Positions 54,913 through 64,000 of a DNA stretch of 64,000 nt are shown piece by piece. The first letter of the stretch is position 1; each line of letters opens with the position of its first letter. This stretch comes from Lama glama (taxonomy: Eukaryota): assembly GCA_028534125.1 (NCBI GenBank), contig CM052817.1, forward strand, positions 89,096,001-89,160,000, written 5' to 3'. The notes under the pieces are model-generated. The model made no database searches, was not told the origin of the DNA, and saw only the letters and a list, made by a program, of their open reading frames with translations. The position numbers were made by a program, and so were the translations under genes.

Positions 54913-56549
54913 ACTTCTTCAGAGGAATTAAATGAAGATAACTGATGTATACTTGAATATCTGAGAATTATTATCTACTAATGACAGAATGCTATACTAA
55001 ACACTGCCTCAGAAGATCTAAATGGCAGTCATGCACATTATAAAAGTTTCTTCCAAATAGATTCTGCTGTTACTTTTAATAATTCTGTCCTCATTTTACC
55101 TTGTTTTTTTTTTTCCTCTTTGATCTACTAAGAAGTACTTCACAGGGCGTTGCTTCCTAAGGATATATTGCCATGACAACCAAAACATCTCTACACCCTC
55201 CCTTTGCCTGTGATTTTCCTTTGCTTTTATTTGAGTCATTTTGTGGATGGAGATTAATTTTATACCTTCAAAATCTGTGTACATGCATTCAATAGCTACT
55301 TATTAGACATTTTTGTGATCCAAAATAATTAGTATTTTCATATTAATTATGAAAAATAGGAAGAGAATGTCATAAAGAACTTGGTAACTTGGGAAGATTT
55401 TAGAGGGAATCAACTATGAACTCAAACTTGAAGTTGAGGTAAAAAAATTGAAACGCAAGAGAGCAGATATCAAGTGAGAAGGAAAGTAGGCAAAAGAGGA
55501 GAGTCTCATATGTGTGAGATTCATATGAGGAATAGGAATAAAAGAGCTTGGATGAATAAATATTTTTTGCAAAAACATGGAAAGGTAAGTTTGCTAGTGA
55601 TGGCTACATTGAAAAGACCTGAGTGTCAAGCGAAGAAGCCTGGGTTTTGTTTTTGTTTTTTGTTTTTCAAACAAATGGGAGATGTGGAAATTTTCTGATG
55701 TGGAGAGTGCCAAGGGCAAAGAAATTTTCTAGAATGACTAATCTTCTTGCAATATGTCAAATGGAGTTTGCATGGGACAAGGGGTCAGGAACAAATTTGA
55801 TGTTAGAGAATGAATTTTAAGAGGAATAGCAACTCTGTAGATAAATATGGGAAATCAAGACATTAGATTTTAACACCCTGGAGAAAATACAGACCAACCT
55901 AGGGAAAAACTCTAATGACTGAATATTGAAGTTTACTATACTCAGGAAGTGGGAGGAAAAATAGAATAGAGTCGATCCAAGTGGCTAAAAAAAATACTGA
56001 AAAAAGAAAGTGCAGTGTAGAATCAGTAACTAAATCTAAGATCATTTCAATGCCATACTGGTGGTAATTCACATCTATTTTATTTGGAATTATTGTTTTC
56101 ATGCTGATAAGCAAGATTGGCTCAGGATTTGCATTGTATATAAACTATTATCTCTTTATGTAATACTAAGGTAAAATGGACTTGAAATTTTTGTAACTTT
56201 TACCTCTGCGTTGGAAATTTCGAGAGGCAAAGAAATCATTTTATGCTTGATTTTACTTCAGTTTTTACAGGCAATCTTTGTGCAAATGCCTTTGCAGGTC
56301 AAAAGACTGTGGGAGGGCTTGGGCATTTTAGCTTTTTGTTTGTTTAGTTTTTTTGTTATTTCACATGTATTGGTCATTTAACCTAAGATAATTTTATGCA
56401 CATTTGTATAATTCATTTATTTATTCAAAACTATTCCATCTAGATTTCAAAATTATTAAGTATGTAATTGAACATAATATCCTTCAAACTGAGTCAGATT
56501 AATGAGGATTAATATATTGGAGTTCACGAGCACACATATGACAGTCTGC

Positions 56550-57630
56550 CAGTGCTTTTGTTAATGTTAAGTGCTATAGATACAGAACAAAATAGTTTCA
56601 TTAATACAGCTATTTCCTTTGTAATTCTTGTTATGGTCACTTTGCCAAAAGAGCGTATTCAGTTTGACCTTATTTTTATATATCTATGCATCCCTTTTTT
56701 TCCTCCTCCTTTAATATTCTTAACACTAAGTTGATCCAAATAAAATTTTCTTCAGCTCAGAGAAGTTGCCCTTGTTTCTATCATAGACCTTTTCTTCTTG
56801 TCTCTATGCTGTACATTAATAGAGTTTCTATTAAATGTTTTCTCAATTTTATCTTATGAGTTACATTTTTATGTCTGCTCAAGAGAGCAAATGGAGACCA
56901 GCAAGCACCTACCTGAGACTGTCTGTGCATCTCTAGGAGAGCTCCCTTCTGTCTGCTTCATTTGTCTGAATACAGTGTTTTCCTCAAACTGACTGTATAG
57001 GGCATAGACTGGTAGCCTTTAACTGAGAAAGAAAAAAATTATGTTATCATGGTAGAAGAATTTAGAAATTTTCTACTCCGCACAGCATCTAGAATCTGTA
57101 TCCAACTCTTGACTACTATGATGAAATGGAGCTGCCTGAGGTCTTGCTTGGTTTTTTTTATCACCAAAATATCTGTGTTAGGCACTTACATGCCAGACAC
57201 CAATGCACCAAGGGAACTACACCTGACAGTTTGGAGTGAAAAATACAGCTGCATCCTTGGAGTGCATCAATTAAACCCTGGATAGTTCTTTACCCATTTT
57301 AATCACTCCAGTAAGTACTCCATCACTTGCTGATAGTTTGCTTTGGTTTTCATTTATTTTTGTTTTATTTTTGGTGTTCTTAGGGAAAAATCAATCAACA
57401 ACCATCTCACGCAACTTAACTGTCTCCTCTCTATATTTTTGCTTTATTTTGTTGATCTTGCTCCATCTGCTTTAAAACTTGAAAATTTGTTAAAAATTTT
57501 TTACCATCTTTGACCCAGTTGCTTTTTTCTAGTGATCATATGGATTAATTTGTATTTTTCGATTGTTTCATTGATTATATTAGTGGGGAGGATAACATAT
57601 GACTTCAAAACTCCCCTCTTGACATGAAGC
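56550..57630 (-). mobile_element. Very old L1/HAL1 5'/ORF1-like remnant
   Basis: T-rich antisense text ending 'actcccctcttgacatgaag', similar to decayed L1 5' ends. Confidence 0.35.
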
Positions 57631-58224
57631 CTTAATCTTTTATACTCAATAATTTCTTAATACACTTTAAAACGCTATATATTCAGATACATCTTACTTT
57701 CTTAAACTATCTAGGATGTTTGTTAATTACTATCCCCAATAAACTAGATGTTTTAAACATTACCTGAGGCATGTACAAATGCCCTGATATTCTAACGCCT
57801 ATAAAGCCTGAATTTTGTTGAAACAGTCTTATTTTCTAATATTTGGCATTTAATCCAACTGGTACACAGTTCTATTCCTTTAATCTGATTGTTGAAATTT
57901 TGTTCACAATTAAGTCAGATCATCAATGTTGTTCTCTCAAGATTTAGGACACAATTCACAGGAAGGGAAATAGTCTCTTAGCCCAGCAGAACTTCCATGA
58001 GGTCATCCTCCACAAATCTTGACAGAAGTCTAAAATTTTATTTTAAGACATAAAAATATCATTTTTGAAAACTAGTAAAACTTTGGGGTTTTAATTTTTG
58101 CTTTTGTAAAACATCTGCTAAGAATTGAAATAAGCAGAAATCATACTACCAACTGTCTTATCAAGAAGGTGATCACTTAGTGGGAGAGAAGCTTATAGGA
58201 ATAAACAATAGTTATTTTTATCCT

Positions 58225-58420
58225 CAGTTGTAATTACAGCTCTGCTAGTTAATAAATAATGGCCTCTGGCAAGTAACTCAGTCTCTCAAAGCCTCAGCTA
58301 TTTGTAAAACGTAGTGATAAAGTCTGTACTTCATGCATAAGATAACTAGGAAGCTCAAAGGAAAGGACTATATAAATTAGTTTTAAACATGTCAAGATGT
58401 GCAAAAGTGTATGTTATTTT
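58225..58420 (+). mobile_element. MIR SINE
   Basis: 'cagctctgctag...ggcaagtaactcagtctctcaaagcctcagctatttgtaaaa' is the MIR core. Confidence 0.75.
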
Positions 58421-60796
58421 ATTAAATGAATACATTTTTATTTGACTAAACAGCTTCTGATTCTGATTGCATTGGAGAGTGCCTGACAAGAGGGTAAGCA
58501 GCAGGGACAACTCAGATACCTAAGAGAAAGCAGAGTGTCAGCTGGTGACTGAGAGGCAGAGCCAGACATGGGTTTCCACGTTAATAACACCAAGGGCACA
58601 AACGTGGACGCACACTTTCATTTCCTTTATTAATAAGCCTGACATTCTGATATGTGCATGCCTGTGACAGTAGCTATGCTATGTACAAGCTTTTCCTCAC
58701 ATTTTATTATGACTTAGGAAAGCAAAGGGAATGACATCAAGGTACTGACTGATATCTTGGATCTTACTTCTGCGTCAAAAGTAGCAGATGCCAGTCGGGA
58801 GAGTATGGACAAAATATTGAGAAGTGCTTGTCTGCTTACTTCTAAAAAGACAAGTTCTTCTCCCAAAACCATCTGCCATGTAATCAAATTCTCTGGTCAT
58901 CACACACAGACAAACTCAGTCAAATCAAAGTACAGATGGTCGTTTATTACAAAACAACACAGGAGGCTCAGAATAGATGATACATTTGGTCATTTTTGCA
59001 CATAGAGACTCTGATTAAGTATGAAAAATGTGAACATTTGTTTATCTTGGAAAAACTGCTATTACTTGTCAGGCATGACCAATTAGTTATTTCTAAACTG
59101 TTATCCATATAATTAAGAAAAACAGCCATCTGTAAAGTCAGAAGTTTGTGTCTCTTTTCTGATCCACATGTAAATGTAATTTCTGTGATCTGATTTACTT
59201 AGAAGAGAATTGTCAGGCACAATACAAGACAGATGACAGAAACGGTTGTATTTTATAATGTCTTTCTCTGTTTATTCCTCTACTTATGGGATAGTATATA
59301 GCTATTGCGGCTGGAATAAGGAAAGTCAAAAGAGTATTACAAGAAAGCTTATTAGGATATTTATTTTTCAAATGTAAGACATGACTGTTACAAAAACAAG
59401 TAAAATTGCCACATAAGAAAATTTATATCATTGGTAGCACACTTAAGCATTTTACATACTTAAGACAGGAAAAAAATGAAAAATGATCAAGTCTTTAAAA
59501 TGAACCTCATTGGAGTTCAGTTTTAATCTGTACCTAAATGTTCAATAATCACATATATACACTTGATCTTAATATATATTAGTTTATGATATGTTCAACA
59601 TAACTTTATACTTAGCTAGTCAATAAGGATTTATAAAAGGCTTCTTTGTGTTTCATTTGTATCAACCAGCATTCTTTATCTAAAGCAAAATTCCTACATC
59701 ATAGGATACAATATCAAATTGTGAGCAAATGAGGTAGTCATATAAAATGCAATTTTCATCATTTTTTCCCCCAGTAGTACTCAACACTTTCCTAACTCCC
59801 CAGAGTGGCAGTGGAGGATGTCACAAAAAAAGAATTCATGCATCACTTACTAACTCCAGATGTCTCCTACACCTACTGTTCTCACTATTTAATCATACAC
59901 CCAGCTGTCTTTTCTTTGTTTCATGTGGGATTTTTTTAACGTTAAACATGTTTAAAGACCATAAACTCTATTTTAATTGAAATTATTTAAACATAAAGTG
60001 AACATACTTACGCTATATCTCTCGTAACCAATTCCTCTTCAATTATTTACTGTTCTGATTTGAAAGGGCCAGTAAAAAATGAAATTCCATAGAAGGTTTT
60101 CAAAAGAATAAATTGCTCATTTAATGGCTTTCAAATTCAAGATCCTGGGAACATGCCATTTATAGTATTTGTGTGAGTAGCAAGTATTTCTGTTATGTAT
60201 GAATAATTGATAGTAAATATTTCACATTTTAACTTATAAAATATAATCAGAATATTTAATCAGGTTACTTTCTGCATTTAATCCCATACAGTCTATTTGT
60301 AGTTTGCTTATTAAATAGAAGCACCTTTGAAAAAATTAAAGCTATTTCTTACTCTTTAAAAAGAAAATATTTAATAATGGAAATACTGATATTACAGAAA
60401 AGAATGAATTATAATTTTCCTTATAGACACAGAGGCTGTGGAAACAGACTGTTAGACATTTGCTACAAACTAGATTTACTTTTTTCAACTTCCAGAACAG
60501 ACCTCAAGTCCATGAGAAGCATTCCACGTTCTTCCTGTCTGAGTCAAATATACAATAAGCAAGAAAAAATATCTGTGAATAGCAATTAAATCATATGCAA
60601 AAGTTGCAAGATGAGTACTTCTCAATATGAAAGTTACTAGGTAAAAGAAAAATTTAATGAGATAAAAGAAATGTGTTTTAGTAAAACAGATACAGAGCCA
60701 GTTGTTATGGTTATCATTCATATTAGTATAATATTTTAGGTATTGAAGAAAATTGAAACATTAAAAAAAATCAGTTTCCATGGTTGTCTTCTAGAT

Positions 60797-61287
60797 CAAC
60801 TTTTCTGAAACTTTTTAGTTTGAAGAGCTCTTTTGTTTCTTAAAATCTGTTGAAGGCACTGAGGAGCTTGTTTTCATGTGTCTAATATTTACTACACTAG
60901 AAGTTAAAACTGAGAAATTTAAAACCGCTTATTTGTTAACCCATTAAAAGCAACAACAATAAACCTCTTACAAGTTAATGAAAAATAACTACAATGTCTT
61001 AGACAATAAAAAAGATGAGAATAGTGACATGGCTTCATATCTTTTCAAATCTTCTTCAATATCTGGCTTAAAAAAATCAGCTGAAGTCTCATCTCTACTT
61101 TCGCATTCAAACCACTGTGATATCACAAATGATGGAGCATCTGGAAATAGGTAGTTGTAAGAGAATGAGGGTGAGAAAAGGCAAATAATAACATGGCATT
61201 GTAATGAAATTATTAGTTTTGGCCTCACTAAGCCACAAAAGGGTTTCAGAATTTCTATAGGCCCTCCAAAAATACTGAGAACCACTG
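60797..61287. mobile_element. hAT-Charlie (Charlie1-like) non-autonomous element
   Basis: Ends 'tgagaaccactg' (Charlie TIR); degenerate left TIR 'caacttttctgaaac'; 8-bp flanks ttctagat/ttataaat match at 6 of 8. Confidence 0.8.
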
Positions 61288-62104
61288 TTATAAATCAGGT
61301 ATAACACACAGAGGACTTCAAGCCAATGGGAAGTCCCTGACACTTGACAACTTAGTTCAGTCTATATAACACGAGTCAAGTATTCATACTGAAGTTCACG
61401 CATGAATTAAAAGCCATGTTTATGAGTGTATCTTTATCTGTTATATCCAGTAGACATATAACCATTTACAACTGATTACACAAAGATGTAACATTGAAAT
61501 ATTTCAAGATGAACAATGAAGAAAAATGCAGGGAATGTTTTAATTGTATGACTTATTAAAAACTAAGAAGATATTGAATTGAACATAATGATATTTATCT
61601 ACATTAGAAAAGAGACAATTATATTTTGGGTTTTGCAAATTAATATGGTAGTTTAAATGATGTCATCTAGATTATAAAGCAAACTCCCTAATTATAACTG
61701 CCTTAGTTTAACACACTAATCTCTGCTCCTTGTTTTTTTATAATACCATGCAATATTGATGCATTTTATACTCATCCTTGGTATAACATTAGAGATGAGT
61801 TTGTAAAACTTTCAGACATAATGAGCTATGGTAAAATAGCAGCATAGAGCACTTATAGTCATACTACTCATAACGCTAAATTCTAATGAACCAGAGGCAT
61901 TACATATGATGTTGACTCACATTGTTTTCACTGCCTCCTAGCCTACCTAAAAGCAAATTTGTCATCAGGCTTTAAAAGGGGTGAATTCATTCTTCCATGA
62001 GGAATACAACTAGAAAATAGCATGCATTATTAAATGATTCACATAGAAATCTCAGAAGATAATCCTTATATTAAAACTATACGATAATGAGTGATGCCAC
62101 ACTC

Positions 62105-62182
62105 ATCAAATCAGAGTAATGATGTTTCATAAAGTAAATAATTATCAAATCAGAGTAATGATGTTTCATAAAGTAAATAATT
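62105..62182. repeat. Perfect 39-bp tandem duplication
   Basis: atcaaatcagagtaatgatgtttcataaagtaaataatt occurs twice in tandem. Confidence 0.97.
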
Positions 62183-63216
62183 AGTGGATAAAGTGGTGAA
62201 CAGATGAAAGACAGATATGGATTTGCTGACTAGATCTGGAACAGGTTGCTGAGTAAATGAGAAATGATCCAATGTCGAGGAAAAATATGAAGCAGCAACC
62301 GATGTGTGATGACATCTGGAAGAGAGCAAAATGTGCTAAGTTAAGGAAGACTGACTTGGGGAGAGCTATTGTAGCCAACCAAGGCAAGCAAAAGCCTCCT
62401 AGACAGAGATCTATTTAATAGTCAAGATGTTGTTCTCTAATCTAATCCAAAACTCACAGTCAGCACCAGTTAATTTTTAAATATTAAATTTCTTTTCCAT
62501 GTTATCTAATCTTTTAACTATAGAATAGTTTCCCCTGGGATGGATGTCACAGGTCAATATCACAAAAAAATACCAAAATAAGTGAATTTTTTCCCATATA
62601 AAACCTACTTTGACTAATCAATGCACTCACTCCATTTATAATTTTCAAAAGTTAAGTTTTAGAATAGACAAAGTGACTGGATTGATTATCTTCAAGAGTA
62701 AGAAAGCAGGGCTATTAATTCCATGTATAATGTTCTAATTCATTCCTTTTGGTCTGTTATGCTTTATACTTATCATTATTAACATTTAAACAAAATACTC
62801 TAAATACAAATTTTAATATAACAATATGTCATTTGTTATGACTTAACATTATTATTCATAATTATATTGTTAAAACACACACATATACACTTACATTAAT
62901 GGTGAGTTAAAAAGCTGAAAAGTAAAATACTGCCCCAAAAGTAACTCACTGAAATAGATAAGAAAAGACCATGAAAGTAAGTGACTGCAGTGATTAGTAA
63001 ATATAATCACAGGTAAGAGTCAGGCTTGGATATGAGAGAAAATGTATGATTAAATGAGACCAAACTTTGGATAAGCCTGTCGACAACAGGCTTTTCTGAC
63101 TTCTTACTAAAATTCCAATCAATATCTCTCCTTTATTACACTTGCAGAAATTAGGGAATCTGCTCCCCTCTATATTTGGAATGAGGGAATGAGAAGGATT
63201 GAAAACTGCAGGACTT

Positions 63217-63836
63217 TGTCAAATAACAACTCTGTCCACACCCTTACACTAATACACTTGACCAAACTCTAGAACGGCTTCTAGCAGCAAAAGGCTGGGT
63301 CTCCAGGTTGACACTGCAGCACCCGCCACTACCCACCCACTGAAATACGTGCCTGAGAAAGCCCAACAGTGCCCAGAAATTTTATTATTTTACCATTTGT
63401 TCTAGCCAACTCTTATAATAAGCCCTGACCTCCCTTTCTTAGAGTATTCACTAAAAATGGCTTGCAGTTTTGAATATGTCTCTTGCAATGCAGAAGCATC
63501 TCTTTCAAGGTCCTGGGAACTAGTCCTTTTAAATGTAATGATTAAGAAGGCCTCCATCTCCCAGTCGCTGTGGGAGGATAGAATCCTGACTTGCTAACTA
63601 ACAGCCTGCAGACACAGCTGGCCTAATCACATTTATGCCGACAGATCTTTGTACTTTTTCTCCTCTCTAACTCTCCGGAGCCCCAAACTTCCTCTCCCTC
63701 ATTCCCCCTTTAAAGTTTGCAGTCACCTCTGCACAAGTGGGCACGGAGCTCAGCTTTTACCCTTCTTGTCAGCGGTTACTGAACAAAATCTGTCTTCACC
63801 ACTTTAAGGAATGCCTAGCTGTGTTTGTCACTGACA
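63217..63836 (+). mobile_element. ERV1-class solo LTR (MER34-like)
   Basis: TGTCA...TGACA termini; 'cagacacagctggcctaatcacatt', 'cccatctcccagtc..tgtgggagg'-like text, degenerate polyA signal 'aacaaa' at ~63782. Confidence 0.75.
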
Positions 63837-64000
63837 GTATCACAGGCAATGTATCAGCAGAGGAAGAAAAAAACAGAAAGGATAGACAGGTAGAAAGGAA
63901 GGAAGAAGGAGAAAGCACTTATGAATCAGATCTCGGCTTTATAATCTGCCAGATATCAAGGAAGTGTCCATGTCACTCACTGAATCTCAGATCTTCTCAC

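Noticed and set aside
62105..62182. Direct repeats as a CRISPR-like array (also 45342/45869)
   Set aside because: Only two copies, no spacer architecture, eukaryotic context.

Overview
AT-rich, gene-poor placental-mammal genomic DNA (intergenic or deep intronic). No protein-coding gene, RNA gene, CpG island or prokaryotic system can be supported. The ORF track is mostly chance ORFs, plus decayed Tigger1 transposase, L1 ORF2 and ERVL pol fragments. The window is dominated by transposable elements: many L1s of different ages, L2/MIR, MaLR and ERVL remnants, ERV1-type solo LTRs and DNA transposons (near full-length Tigger1, MER20, MER91A, a Charlie element). The young L1 3' ends, and the absence of recognisable Alu, B1/B2, Bov-A/B, PRE-1 or carnivore SINEs, point to a cetartiodactyl, probably a camelid (inference from recalled consensus sequences; no database search was run). 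The most notable observations are: (1) a full-length young L1 with an 18-bp perfect target-site duplication (TSD) whose body is hidden in a 500-N gap; (2) a ~1.4-kb patch of strong A/T-to-G/C substitution over an L1 copy, suggesting a GC-biased gene conversion footprint or RNA hyper-editing; (3) a 77-bp templated copy of an LTR segment inserted next to its source; (4) several repeat-free, enhancer-like blocks. Subfamily names and the boundaries of old repeats are approximate.
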